Part shown: positions 39,058 to 49,810 of the stretch, one piece after another
Numbering within the stretch: the first letter of the stretch is position 1
How the letters are laid out: each line of letters starts with the position of its first letter
From: a virus
Strand: one strand, 5' to 3'
IMG/VR virus record: IMGVR_UViG_3300033889_000554
Length of the DNA: 64,000 bases
Program-made: the position numbers and the translations under genes
The notes under the pieces: generated by a model
Told to the model about the DNA's origin: nothing
The model's database searches: none
Seen by the model: only the letters and a program-made list of their open reading frames with translations

Positions 39058-42000
39058 GCGTCACCTCCGTTCGCTTTCTTGACCTTCGGTTTCCAGGACG
39101 GAGGTTCGGTAGAGTGCTTCGAAGCATCCATGATCAGTTGAACTCCGGGTTCCACTTCGCGCATCGACATGGGGACCGTGAATTCGTCCCATGCCAACGC
39201 TCCGGGCTTTTTCAGGAGAGCGGCGAGGTCGCCTTGCCCACGCGCCGTCTCGTAACCAAGTCTGCGCCCGGCCTTCACCGCTTCTTTCACCCACCGGTCG
39301 ATCCGATCGGCGGTCATGCTGTCTGCGGTGGCTCTCGCCGCCTTGTCCTTCACCTTCCAGGCACGCTCGGACAGCACCTTCCGTGCTCTCAGGGCTTCCG
39401 CCTTGCCGGAACTGTCGAGGGATTGCGCCCCCGGATTCGGGTTCATGGAATCGTTTTCGAGCCGGAGGAGGCTCACCATCGCGCCGGTCAGGCCACGATC
39501 CAGCGCTCTCGCCGCGAACGGCGTGACGGACTGGGCCTCGACATGCTTGTAGAACGTCGCGTGATAGTGCTCGAACGTTTCGTAGTGTGACAGATCGCGA
39601 GGCCGCGACCAGGTGAGCACGGTACAGACGAGTCCCGGGAAGGAACGGCCGACACGGCTCGTGGCCTGAATGTATTCCGCCGTGTTCTTGGGTTGGCCGT
39701 TGACGACCATCAATCCGATGCGGTTGACGTCGACACCCACCGACAGCATGTTGGTGGCCAGCACGATATCGATGGCCCGCGTCTCGCCCTTCTCCCAGGT
39801 GGGTTTGAACTTGACCTCCAGTTGGTCGAGCTTCTTGGGAATCTCCTTGTTCGAAACCCGCGAGGTCAGCTCGTCCACGATGCGTACCGAACGCTGGCTC
39901 AGCCCCGGTCGTTTCACGTCGCTCATCTGGACGCGATAGGCACGGGTCTGCACGTCGTCCTCCGCCAGCCGCCGCATACCCCCCAACTCGCGCAAGGAGT
40001 TGAAATACCCGACCACGGTCATATACGGATCGGCCGCCGCTCCGAAGCGCTGGAACAGCGACTGGGCGGCGGTCAGCAGAGCGACGTAGACGCGGATCAG
40101 AACGGCAGGACGGGAGCTGCCCGGCGAACAGATCCCCATGTAGAGACGCCCGGGCTTGTCCTCCACCGAACGCTGCACCGAGAAGAAGTTGTCCTCGACA
40201 TCGAGGCCATGGGGCGGGAAGACCGAAACCCTGCGGAGGAAGACGTTGTTCACCTGTTCTTCGGCCTTGCGGACCGTCGCCGTGGAGGCGACAATCTTGG
40301 GCCGGATCGCCTTGCCGTCGACCGCCCAGGTCGAAAGTTCGTCCACGGCGGTTTCGTACAGACCGACCATGGTTCCCAGCGGTCCGCTGATCAGATGGAA
40401 TTCGTCCTGGATGATCAGATCCGGGGGCCGGATGGGAGTGATCTCCTTGACCTTGACCGCTTCCAGTGAACCTTTCTTGGTGTGATTGCCGTTGCAGTCG
40501 GCCTCGGGCCAGAGCAGCCCGTGGCGTGGACATTCGCGGTTCGCCTTGCCGAAGAGCGCTCGCACCTGCCCACGCCAGGCCATCATGGCGAACTTGTCCA
40601 CGGTGGCGATCAGCATCGAGGGCGGGTGGCGATAGATTTCGTCGTCCACCACCAGGACCGGAAGTCCCAGATTCTTCGACTTCGCCTGACTGAACTCGCA
40701 CCGGCCGTACTTGTCGCCACAGTAGACGAAGGTTCGGCCGAGGTCCCTGTCGACCCTTATCTCCCGCCCGGGAGCGATCTCGGAACCGCACCACGGGCAA
40801 CTGGTCAACTGGGCCGGAGTCGATCCCGTCCCGTACTTGCCGTCCCGTTCCTTTTCGATCGCCGCGTGGCTCTCGTCGGTGGTGTTCGGCGTGACCCGCT
40901 GGCCGACCCAGAGACCGATGGTGAACGGTGCGTCCCCCCAGACCTCAGGTTCGGCCCGGCGTAGCACTTCCATGGCGCAGATCAGGGCCGTGGCCCGTTG
41001 AAACTGCTGCAGTGTCAGCAGCCGCAAGGTGTAGCGCATGATCACGGCCAGACCGCGTCCGCCATCGAGACCGCCCAGGTCGCCCTGGAGGCGGCGGACG
41101 CCCATGGTGAAGGCCGCCACACCGAGATAGGCCTCGGTCTTACCGCCGCCAGTGGGGAACCAGAGCAGGTCGGCGAAAGCCTCCAAGGGTTGGGTGCGGT
41201 CCCGGTGCGTCGGGTCGGCGAGCGCAGGAATCGAAAGCAGCATGAACGCCAACTGGAAAGGTCGCCACGAGCGGTTCTTGCGGACGTTCAGAGCGTCGAG
41301 TGTCACCTCGTCTCCACGGCGCTTGGCGAGCGCGTAGATGCTGTGAATGCGCTGCGAAGCCATGGCACGGTTGGCGAACCCGAAAGCGGCCAGCGCCCGG
41401 TCGTCTGCCGCCAGGACGTCGACGCCTTCCCTGAGCCTTTCCAGTATCAGATTGCAGCGATCCATCGCCTCGGTAGCCGGGATGTCGTATCCCACGACCT
41501 CGCTGCCGATGGCATTCCGGTTTTCGGCGATCCACTCCGCGTAGTCGTCCGTCAGCACTTTCAGCCCGGCGACCAGTTCGTCGCGCTTTTCGGGTGTGGC
41601 GAGCTCGGCGAGCCGCTCCATGTCGAGCAGGCCGTCCTCGATCATTCGGCGCATGGCCGGGCGGTCTTCCGGTTCGAGACCGGGCGTTTCGGTCACCTGG
41701 ATCTCGTACTCGGGCAGCACGGCGGTCCTGACCTCCGTGGCCCGCTCGCGATCTTCCTCCGATACGGTCGCGTGGACCGAAATGCCATGTCCGACGGCGA
41801 ACTCGACCCGGTCCCGATAGATCATTTCGAGTGCTTCACGCTCCTCGTCGAATTCGTCGGCCCGAAGGATCGGGCGACGCCGGAACACCGCACGCCCCTC
41901 CATGTCGCGCACGATCAGTTCCGGCTGGAATATCCAGGCCTGATCCTGGTTCTGTTCGGGCATGGTCTGGGTGTTGACCAGAAAGAGCGTCACCAGCCTG

Positions 42001-42917
42001 TCGCCGTTTTCCAGCGGGGCGCTGACCGAGCCCTGCACCACGACCGAAGGGCAGTCCGCGTCGATCCGGATCGGCTCGATGGTCCGCTTCTTCAGGGAGA
42101 CCACGGCGGAGCCGCCCGAGGGTATGCGTTTCCAGCAACGCGGGGATTTGCCCGTCTCTTCGTTCTCCCGCTCGCTCTGCGTCCGTTCGTAACGCCCCCA
42201 GTTGGCAAACAGTTGGACGTTTTCCAGTTTTCCGTCGACGCAGAAGGTGAACCCCATGGAAGACGGAACCAGGGATTGATTGGTGGACGTGTCGACTTCC
42301 TCGTCTCGCTCCTCGGAATCCGGGCGTCCCGATTCGCCGAAGGTGTCCGTCTCCGCTGCATCCGGAGCCGTGTCCATCGGAGCCAGCTTGCCTACCAGGT
42401 AGCGATCGCGAACGCTCATGCCTACGATCTCCTCAACCGGCCCGTCCGCCGGACCGAGCAGGTCGTCGATGACGGCCAACTGGAGAAGTTCCCGCACGTA
42501 GTCCTGTTCCTCAGCGGAACCGCCTTCCAGTACGGGCAGGGCATCGAAGGCGATGCCGCAAGCCGTCTTCAGCGCCGCCTCGAATACCGGCCACTCCAGT
42601 CGCACCATGGCAGCCTTGGATTCGGGTGCGGTCACACCGAGGTCGGTCAAGGTCTTTCCGCCATCTACGGGAAGGACGCCATCGAAGAAGAAGGTCGTTT
42701 TGTCGAGCTTGGCGCGAATTCGGTAGATACGGGCGAACGAGACCGCAACCAACGGGTCGCCACCTGCGATCAGCACGGCGTCACCTTCCTTGACACCCCG
42801 GAAGAGCGAAGAGCCGTGATCGACAGTAACCGAAAAGCGCCGGTTGCGTGCTTCGTCACCGAGGCGGATGAGCCAGGCAGCGTTATGATTGGTCGTCTTC
42901 ACTCCTAGGGAATTCAT
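39054..42917 (-). CDS. drmA: DISARM helicase DrmA
   Basis: FPTGGGKTEAY, LRLLTLQQFQR, QDEFH, ATNMLSVGVD, QATSRVGR. Confidence 0.95.
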   Translation of the reverse strand: MNSLGVKTTNHNAAWLIRLGDEARNRRFSVTVDHGSSLFRGVKEGDAVLIAGGDPLVAVSFARIYRIRAKLDKTTFFFDGVLPVDGGKTLTDLGVTAPESKAAMVRLEWPVFEAALKTACGIAFDALPVLEGGSAEEQDYVRELLQLAVIDDLLGPADGPVEEIVGMSVRDRYLVGKLAPMDTAPDAAETDTFGESGRPDSEERDEEVDTSTNQSLVPSSMGFTFCVDGKLENVQLFANWGRYERTQSERENEETGKSPRCWKRIPSGGSAVVSLKKRTIEPIRIDADCPSVVVQGSVSAPLENGDRLVTLFLVNTQTMPEQNQDQAWIFQPELIVRDMEGRAVFRRRPILRADEFDEEREALEMIYRDRVEFAVGHGISVHATVSEEDRERATEVRTAVLPEYEIQVTETPGLEPEDRPAMRRMIEDGLLDMERLAELATPEKRDELVAGLKVLTDDYAEWIAENRNAIGSEVVGYDIPATEAMDRCNLILERLREGVDVLAADDRALAAFGFANRAMASQRIHSIYALAKRRGDEVTLDALNVRKNRSWRPFQLAFMLLSIPALADPTHRDRTQPLEAFADLLWFPTGGGKTEAYLGVAAFTMGVRRLQGDLGGLDGGRGLAVIMRYTLRLLTLQQFQRATALICAMEVLRRAEPEVWGDAPFTIGLWVGQRVTPNTTDESHAAIEKERDGKYGTGSTPAQLTSCPWCGSEIAPGREIRVDRDLGRTFVYCGDKYGRCEFSQAKSKNLGLPVLVVDDEIYRHPPSMLIATVDKFAMMAWRGQVRALFGKANRECPRHGLLWPEADCNGNHTKKGSLEAVKVKEITPIRPPDLIIQDEFHLISGPLGTMVGLYETAVDELSTWAVDGKAIRPKIVASTATVRKAEEQVNNVFLRRVSVFPPHGLDVEDNFFSVQRSVEDKPGRLYMGICSPGSSRPAVLIRVYVALLTAAQSLFQRFGAAADPYMTVVGYFNSLRELGGMRRLAEDDVQTRAYRVQMSDVKRPGLSQRSVRIVDELTSRVSNKEIPKKLDQLEVKFKPTWEKGETRAIDIVLATNMLSVGVDVNRIGLMVVNGQPKNTAEYIQATSRVGRSFPGLVCTVLTWSRPRDLSHYETFEHYHATFYKHVEAQSVTPFAARALDRGLTGAMVSLLRLENDSMNPNPGAQSLDSSGKAEALRARKVLSERAWKVKDKAARATADSMTADRIDRWVKEAVKAGRRLGYETARGQGDLAALLKKPGALAWDEFTVPMSMREVEPGVQLIMDASKHSTEPPSWKPKVKKANGGDA

Positions 42918-45900
42918 AACATTGCCTCACTTTTCTTGAAAAGGTAATCAAGCATTGAGTCGATAGCATCAATGTCGTGCAAACTATAAGCAGACTCCAA
43001 TTTTCGAGCTATTGTTCGAATAGCCTCTATGTCTGGTATTGGAAGGTTCTTAAGGCCGACAATCCGCAGTTGAGCCATAGGTCTTCCCTTTTGGCCGAGT
43101 GGGCCGTCCTGATAAAGTTTACTCATAATGCTAGATGTTAAGAGAGCGCAAATTGCAGTCGCACTGAGCTTCGCCGAGGGAAGAGGTTTGCAGACATAAA
43201 CATTCTGGTGTGCAACAGCCAGATCCTTTGTCGGCACCATGGCGCAAATGAGTTGGTCTCCTGTCTTGCGGAGGATGAAGCGATCTCCGGTGTGGAATTC
43301 GCGTTGAGATAGGGTGCCAAGAAAGCCAATCCCGATTGTTGGCTCATTACACCGATCCATAGATGAATCAATCACCATAGGAACTTGGACTCCGTCGCCG
43401 ACAGCGCAAATGTCATGACTTCCCTCACGGATTTCCAGAATCTCGCCTAAACGATGGCGGCAATTCTCGTAGACACGGGCCGCAAGCTCGCTGCGAAATA
43501 CCTGTAAATCACCTTCACTTATCGAAATAGGAGTGGCTAAAGTCTGGTGAGTCAAATGGATAGAGCCTGTCAATTGGTCGCCCAGATGTTTCAAATCAGA
43601 ATGTCGCACCTCGGTTTGGCGCTTCGAAGCGTAATCACGCTTGGTATGTCCAGCAGCAACGGCACACGATACGACGGCGGAAAAATAACCGAATCCCAAG
43701 TCAATCAAATCCAGTTGCTCGAACATACACCATCTGATTCGCACATCCTTGAACTTCGGGAGACTTAAAAATGAGCTCGGTAACAGCAACGATGTGGAGC
43801 CACCAATCCCAGTGATTTCCGTCGCGCGCCCAACAAACCATTTGAAAAAGTCTTTAGCTCCATGGCAAAGTTCATGAAACCGGATAGAGAAGTAGTCGAT
43901 TTCTACTTCGAGTTTCTTTGCCTCTTCCAATCTTCCTTCTTTTTTCATTTTTGCCACTGGACTACCCTTCCCTGAGAGGAAGAGCCAGGGCGGATTCCCT
44001 AAAACACAATCGAATCCTTGGCGATCAGAGAGTATGGCTTCTGGAAATTCCAGTGGCCAATGAAAGGGCTTTCTTGGTTTCATCCCCACTTGCATGCCGG
44101 TAGACAAAGCGATCGCGGCATTCTGAGCAATTTGCTCGCCCATCCTCTCGTTACCACTCAGAAAATCACCAGCCATGGTTGCGAGCGTGTCCAGCGCGGT
44201 ATCGAGTGCCCGGGCATTGCCACCACACCGGAGCGCTTCGCCGATCATGGCGTCGGCGATCAGTTCGACGGATTCGAGTTTCCGCCGCGCCTCGCGGTCC
44301 AGCCGAGCCATGGCCTCGACATCCCTTATGTCCCGGATGGTGGTGGCACGGAGCCGCGTGCGCAGTTCGATGGCCTCGTTAACGGCCGCCTCGACGTTCT
44401 GGCCGAAGATGCGGAGCTGGTACTGCTGCCCGGATTCCGTATCCATTCGCAACCGGGTGAGTTGTTCCAGCCGGTGAATACCCAGCAGACTGTCGCCGGA
44501 GCGAAGGTTGTGATCGAGAAAGCCGAACGGCCTCCCCTTGGCGAGGGTCACCAGCCAGATGGAGAGTTTGGCCAGCTCCACGGCCAGCGGGTTGATGTCC
44601 ACGCCGTACAGGCAGCGCTCGGCCACCAGGCGACGGGCGATGGTCAGCCGTTCGTCGAGCTGGGACGGCAGGGGTTCCTCCGCACCGAGCTGGTCGAGCG
44701 CCGCGCCGTCGACGGTGATGGCCTTTCCGGCCGCCTCTTCGTGGAGCCAGGCCTCGACCAGCTTCTCACCGAGATAGCGGCAGGCCTGAACGAGAAAGGC
44801 CCCAGAACCCATGGCGGGATCGCAAACCTTGAGGTCGAGAATCTCCCGAGACGACTTGAGCGCCCATTCCTCGCGGGGCTTGCCCTCGGCCGGGCCGACG
44901 TACACCACAGGTTCGAGCGTGGTGGTGACGATACTTTCGGTGAGGGATTTCGGGGTGTAGTGGGTGCCGGTCTCACGCCGGTCGGCCCCGAGGGTGACCA
45001 TGAACGAATTGTCGCGATAGACGATCGGATCGTCCCAGGCGTCGGTGCGGATCAGATTCGTGAAGGGCCGGATACGTTCGGCCAATGCGGTGTCTCCACC
45101 ACAGACACCCAACACCCGCCCGAAGACCGTGTCGTCGGCGGGCTTGGACAGGCCGTTCCTGATGGCCGATTCGCTCCGTCCGGTGACGTCCAGAACCAAT
45201 TTGACGAGCGCCGCCTCGCCGTCCAGACGGGCCGATTCCAGTTCCGCGAGAGCCACGTTCGGGTTCTTCGCCTTCTGTGATCCCTGCAGGCCCAGGGTCA
45301 CGCGGGGAACGCGAGCCACGGTGTGTTCGAGGAGGCCTTCGTAGACATGCCCGATCTGCTCGACATCGAGCGCCCGGTAGGACAGCAGCAGCGCACCGCC
45401 GGACTGCTCCAAAATCTGCAGCGAGTTCAAAAGCAACAGCACGGTGCGGTTGTCTATTGGTAGCGGCGCGGCCGAGGTATCCCGCCAACCGGTGCCCTTG
45501 GCTCGGCCCTCCAGGAACGGGAAACGGTCGGGATCGAACAACGAGCCGCCCAAGGCGGGCATCCGCAGGCTTTCATGCTCGATACCGCCATAGACGGCCC
45601 GGAACACGGCGAGCAATCTGGCCCAGGCATCGTGACGCCGGTCGAGCACTTCCGGCCCGTACCGATCGGCTTCTTCCGCCAGTTGCCCGCGCAGGGTGGA
45701 AACGGCATAGCACCGGTCGTAGACCGAATCACCGAGAAGGAGCAGCCCGCGCTCTTCGGCGCAGAGGACGAACACCAGCCGCATCATCACGGTCAGTCCG
45801 GCCTCGTATAGCTCGGCGGGTTTCACGTCGCGGAGCAGTTCCCGATTGCGGTCCTCGTCGGCCTTGTCGAGACACTGCACGAGTACCTCGACCGCACGAC

Positions 45901-46627
45901 GAACCTGCTCGCCGAGGGTGTCCGTGACCTCCTCGTGATGCTTGAGGGATTCGTCCAGAAGCGATTCCAGGGTGTCTTCCGCCGGGCCGAAACAGCGCCG
46001 GACACCGAGCAGCGACTGGAAGGCCTTCAACGTGATCGGCTCCTGAAACCAGAGACGGCCGTACCAGGACGCCTGGCTGGAGGTGGAACCCACCGGCGCG
46101 TTGACCAGCATCCAACGTTCGCCATCGGTCAGAAGCCCCACGCGCACGCCATGGGCGCGGCAGAGCAGGGTCATGCGCTCCTGGAGGGAAACGGGCCAGC
46201 CATCACCTCGCTGGACGGATTCGAGATCGGTGTCCGGCGGCAGAACCGTGATGAACAGGCGTGGCTTTCCGTCTGCGGGAGAGCGGACGATCCAGTCGGG
46301 TTTGAACGTCCCGGCGTGTTCCTGCGACGAAACGCTCGGGAGTTCGTCCGGCCAGTCGCCCGCGTGGACGAGGGATTCGTGGTCGTATTCGAGCATTTCC
46401 GTCAGCACCAGACGGACCCATTCCCGGTGCAATTCCGGCAACAGCCTGTCTTCCTGGTCCACCGCCTCGCGCCATTCCTCGTAGGCGGCCCTGAGTTTCT
46501 GACGTCGCGGAGTTTCCACCGCTTCCAGCCCTTGCGGGAACGCCTTGTCCAGCATGGATACGGTCAGGAACGGGCCGGATATCTCGATCAGGGAGAGCCA
46601 TTCGGCGTGTTTGGATAGATTCTTCAT
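42914..46627 (-). CDS. drmMI: DISARM class I adenine methyltransferase DrmMI
   Basis: TGTHYTP, CDPAMGSGAF, GNPPW; sits between drmD and drmA. Confidence 0.9.
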   Translation of the reverse strand: MKNLSKHAEWLSLIEISGPFLTVSMLDKAFPQGLEAVETPRRQKLRAAYEEWREAVDQEDRLLPELHREWVRLVLTEMLEYDHESLVHAGDWPDELPSVSSQEHAGTFKPDWIVRSPADGKPRLFITVLPPDTDLESVQRGDGWPVSLQERMTLLCRAHGVRVGLLTDGERWMLVNAPVGSTSSQASWYGRLWFQEPITLKAFQSLLGVRRCFGPAEDTLESLLDESLKHHEEVTDTLGEQVRRAVEVLVQCLDKADEDRNRELLRDVKPAELYEAGLTVMMRLVFVLCAEERGLLLLGDSVYDRCYAVSTLRGQLAEEADRYGPEVLDRRHDAWARLLAVFRAVYGGIEHESLRMPALGGSLFDPDRFPFLEGRAKGTGWRDTSAAPLPIDNRTVLLLLNSLQILEQSGGALLLSYRALDVEQIGHVYEGLLEHTVARVPRVTLGLQGSQKAKNPNVALAELESARLDGEAALVKLVLDVTGRSESAIRNGLSKPADDTVFGRVLGVCGGDTALAERIRPFTNLIRTDAWDDPIVYRDNSFMVTLGADRRETGTHYTPKSLTESIVTTTLEPVVYVGPAEGKPREEWALKSSREILDLKVCDPAMGSGAFLVQACRYLGEKLVEAWLHEEAAGKAITVDGAALDQLGAEEPLPSQLDERLTIARRLVAERCLYGVDINPLAVELAKLSIWLVTLAKGRPFGFLDHNLRSGDSLLGIHRLEQLTRLRMDTESGQQYQLRIFGQNVEAAVNEAIELRTRLRATTIRDIRDVEAMARLDREARRKLESVELIADAMIGEALRCGGNARALDTALDTLATMAGDFLSGNERMGEQIAQNAAIALSTGMQVGMKPRKPFHWPLEFPEAILSDRQGFDCVLGNPPWLFLSGKGSPVAKMKKEGRLEEAKKLEVEIDYFSIRFHELCHGAKDFFKWFVGRATEITGIGGSTSLLLPSSFLSLPKFKDVRIRWCMFEQLDLIDLGFGYFSAVVSCAVAAGHTKRDYASKRQTEVRHSDLKHLGDQLTGSIHLTHQTLATPISISEGDLQVFRSELAARVYENCRHRLGEILEIREGSHDICAVGDGVQVPMVIDSSMDRCNEPTIGIGFLGTLSQREFHTGDRFILRKTGDQLICAMVPTKDLAVAHQNVYVCKPLPSAKLSATAICALLTSSIMSKLYQDGPLGQKGRPMAQLRIVGLKNLPIPDIEAIRTIARKLESAYSLHDIDAIDSMLDYLFKKSEAML

Positions 46628-46633
46628 GCCGGA

Positions 46634-49600
46634 TCAGACCCTCCTTGCCTGTGATTGCGGAACGAGGAACACGACGGCCACCGGGAACGTTCGATCCACC
46701 GGGTTGGCGTAGTGTTTTTCGATCGCGGCCTTTTCTTCCTCCCGCTCTTCCGGAATCCGAGCCAAACGGGCTTCCAGGGCATGGATGTCTTTCTTCACCT
46801 GCGCCATCTCCTCGGGCGAGAACCCGGGCAGATAGAGCTGGCCGCCTTGGCGATCCGACTTCAGCTCCTTGCGGATGCTGGCCTCGAGTTCGTCCAGAAC
46901 GGTTCGGACATCGGCGATTTCGCTTTTCATGCGCCGGTCGAGGGTGTTCTCGAGAAACTTCAAGCGGTCCCTGGATCTCGCTTCGACAGCGGCCATGAGA
47001 GCGTCTTCGTGGCGCTCGAACCTGTCCTTCAGAACGTCGAACAGCGCCTGGTCGGGTTCGATAGGCGAACCTTGGGCGACCAGAGCTTCCAGCTTGCCGA
47101 CTTGGGAAATCCGGGCGAACCGTTTGTGTTCGAGTTCGCCACCGGCGAGGGTCAGCTCTTCGTGAAGGCGATGGTGGTCTCCGCCGGTGATCACCAAGCG
47201 CGACCAGACCGCCACCGCAGGGACTGTCAATTCACTGTCGGGTACGGTTCGGATCGCCACACGGTGAAGTCGCTTGACGTCGCCGAGCTTCCAGATCTCC
47301 TCCCGAAGCAGGCGCAGACACATCTGCACCAACCGGTGGTTGAGATGGGCCAGGACGACATCGTCTCTACCTTTGGCGACATCGTGATCGAAGGTGATCG
47401 GGCGGCGAATGCCGGTATGGGGGTGTTCCAGTCCGACGGTGGCTCTGCCCCAGGAGCCGGGGAGGACGGGAACGTTGAACATACCGGTATGCTTTCCATC
47501 TCCTCTCGTAATGGGCTGGAGCGGCGGTTTTTCAGCCAGATCCAGAGCGACTTCGACCGCACGCGAAATGTGTTCGGGTGACAGATGGAAATCGTTCTTC
47601 GCTTCCATGAGTCTTTCGTGCAGGCGGGCGATGCGCTCCTGAAGACGCTTTTCCGCCGTGACGAACTTCCTCGCCTTGGCGGCCTTGGCTTCCGCAGAAG
47701 CGGTATCAAGACCGCTGCGCCTGCCGAGCATGGCTTCTTCGATCTGCCGGGCGATGACCGGCCCGACGCTGCCGAGATCCTCCCGGATCGTGTCGATTTT
47801 GAGGACGGCACGCATCAGATACTCGTGATCGCCCGCGACATCGCCGGGTTTGACGGATCTGTCGGCGGCTCTCGCGGAGAAGCCTTTCCCAACCGGATGC
47901 CAGATGAAGACGGCGTCTTCCTTCTGTCCATGGCGGTCGATACGGCCGTTGCGTTGCTCCATGACATTCGGATTCCACGGAATCTCGACATGGATGAGGT
48001 AGTTACAGTGGTTCTGGAGGTCGATACCTTCCGAGGCCGCGTCGGTCGCGAGCAGGATGCGAACCGGTGAAATGTCCGGATGCGCCTGGAACGCGGCTTT
48101 GACCGATTCGCGCTCGTCCGGCAGCATGCTTCCATGCAGGTACATCAGGCGATCGCCGCCGTAGCCGTTGGCGGTGAGAATCTGATGGAGCCACGAATGG
48201 GTGGCCCGGTATTCGGTGAACAGAATCACTCGCTTTCCGTTCCAGCGTCCATCTGTCTTCAGATGGTTCTCGAGCCAGTCGAGAATGGCCTTGGCTTTCG
48301 AGTCGACGCGGTTGCGTGCTTTCTCCCCCCATGCGGAGAGACGGTCGAGCATGTCTCTCTGATCGCGTGACAGAGGTGGCGCGAGTTCGCCCACCACCTC
48401 GACCGCTTCGTGCTGGGCTTCTTCGACCAGTGAATCGTCAGAATACTCTTCTTCGGTTTTCAGGATCGCCTTGCGCAGAATGCGATCGTCCATGGTGTCG
48501 CGATCGCCTTTGGGCTTGCCGCGCTCAAGAGTGTCCCGATGTTTCGCCAGTGTGAGCGCGAAAGCCATGGGCGAGGAAAAGAGACGCTTCTTGAGAAGCA
48601 TGTGAACGAAATCGGTTCCATATTCGAAGCGCGTGCCCTTGACGCTCTTCGAACGGTCGGCCGTGTACTCTCCGAGCAGGGCGTGGATCTGCCGCTCTTC
48701 CTCCGAGTAGTCGATTTCGAGACCTTCGAGCTTACGCACCGGAAACACCGGCTTGCCGTTCGCGTCGACGATGTCGCTCTTCAGTCGACGAACCATGACG
48801 CGATGTAGCTGTTTCTCGTCCGGCATCACCGTCCTGGCGAACCGCTGATCGTCCAGCAACTCCAGCAACGAGGTGAAGGACTCCTGGTACCCGTTGTGGG
48901 GTGTGGCGCTCAAAAACAGCCGATGGGTGAAGTGAGGAGCGAGTGAGCGGATCAGCCGCGTTCTCTGGCTTTCCAGGGCATACATGGACGCCGACGCCGG
49001 TGCGACGTTGTGCGCTTCGTCGACGACCAGAATGTCGAATTTTCGCGGATAGGTTATGTGAGGAGGGAGGACGTCCTTCAACAATCGGAACCCCTCGCCG
49101 CTCTTCATCCAGTCCATCGAGGTGATGAGACGTGGATAGGACGTCCAGGGATTCACATGGATACCGCGTTCGCGACGGAGGCGCTTGACGTACTCGGTGT
49201 CGACGATCCGAAACTCGAGGCCGAATTTCTCCTGCATCTCGGTCTGCCATTTGACCTGCAGGCTGGCGGGGCAAACGACGAACACGGTCCTGGCGCGATG
49301 ACGGACGAGCAGCTCCTGGATGACCAGTCCCGCCTCGATCGTTTTACCCAAACCGACGTCGTCCGCAATGAGGAGATTGACACGGGCCATCTCGACGGCT
49401 CGAACCAACGGATCGAGCTGGTAGTCCTCGATGGTTATCCCGCTCCGGAAAGGCGATTGCAGAAAAGAACGATCCGCGTTGGTGACGGCTCCCCAGCGAA
49501 CGGCGTCGAGAAAGGCTTCCAGGCGGTCGTTACTGTCCCAGCCGGTGATCGACGGCAGACCCGCCTTTTCCAGGACCTGGGCTCCGGCCTCCATCTGCCA

Positions 49601-49810
49601 GACGACCTGGATCTCTTCGCCCATGGAATCTTCGTCCAGGGATGACAGGCCGACGAGGTGTTGGTCACCGTTGCTCGCCGGTGACAAGGCTCCACTGGAA
49701 ACATCGGTGACCACCCATTGACGACGTCGGACTTCGACGAGTTGACCGGGCTCGGGAACGGCACCGAAACGAACGACACCGTTCGCTGAACTTGCGCTTG
49801 TCGTTGTCAT
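46634..49810 (-). CDS. drmD: DISARM SNF2-like helicase DrmD
   Basis: ADDVGLGKTIEAG, VDEAH, SATPHNG, EGIDLQ, EQRNGRIDRHGQ. Confidence 0.95.
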   Translation of the reverse strand: MTTTSASSANGVVRFGAVPEPGQLVEVRRRQWVVTDVSSGALSPASNGDQHLVGLSSLDEDSMGEEIQVVWQMEAGAQVLEKAGLPSITGWDSNDRLEAFLDAVRWGAVTNADRSFLQSPFRSGITIEDYQLDPLVRAVEMARVNLLIADDVGLGKTIEAGLVIQELLVRHRARTVFVVCPASLQVKWQTEMQEKFGLEFRIVDTEYVKRLRRERGIHVNPWTSYPRLITSMDWMKSGEGFRLLKDVLPPHITYPRKFDILVVDEAHNVAPASASMYALESQRTRLIRSLAPHFTHRLFLSATPHNGYQESFTSLLELLDDQRFARTVMPDEKQLHRVMVRRLKSDIVDANGKPVFPVRKLEGLEIDYSEEERQIHALLGEYTADRSKSVKGTRFEYGTDFVHMLLKKRLFSSPMAFALTLAKHRDTLERGKPKGDRDTMDDRILRKAILKTEEEYSDDSLVEEAQHEAVEVVGELAPPLSRDQRDMLDRLSAWGEKARNRVDSKAKAILDWLENHLKTDGRWNGKRVILFTEYRATHSWLHQILTANGYGGDRLMYLHGSMLPDERESVKAAFQAHPDISPVRILLATDAASEGIDLQNHCNYLIHVEIPWNPNVMEQRNGRIDRHGQKEDAVFIWHPVGKGFSARAADRSVKPGDVAGDHEYLMRAVLKIDTIREDLGSVGPVIARQIEEAMLGRRSGLDTASAEAKAAKARKFVTAEKRLQERIARLHERLMEAKNDFHLSPEHISRAVEVALDLAEKPPLQPITRGDGKHTGMFNVPVLPGSWGRATVGLEHPHTGIRRPITFDHDVAKGRDDVVLAHLNHRLVQMCLRLLREEIWKLGDVKRLHRVAIRTVPDSELTVPAVAVWSRLVITGGDHHRLHEELTLAGGELEHKRFARISQVGKLEALVAQGSPIEPDQALFDVLKDRFERHEDALMAAVEARSRDRLKFLENTLDRRMKSEIADVRTVLDELEASIRKELKSDRQGGQLYLPGFSPEEMAQVKKDIHALEARLARIPEEREEEKAAIEKHYANPVDRTFPVAVVFLVPQSQARRV

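Noticed and set aside
40998..42908. 636-aa + strand ORF and other long antisense or off-frame ORFs over DISARM
   Set aside because: They overlap well-supported minus-strand genes and have low-information composition.
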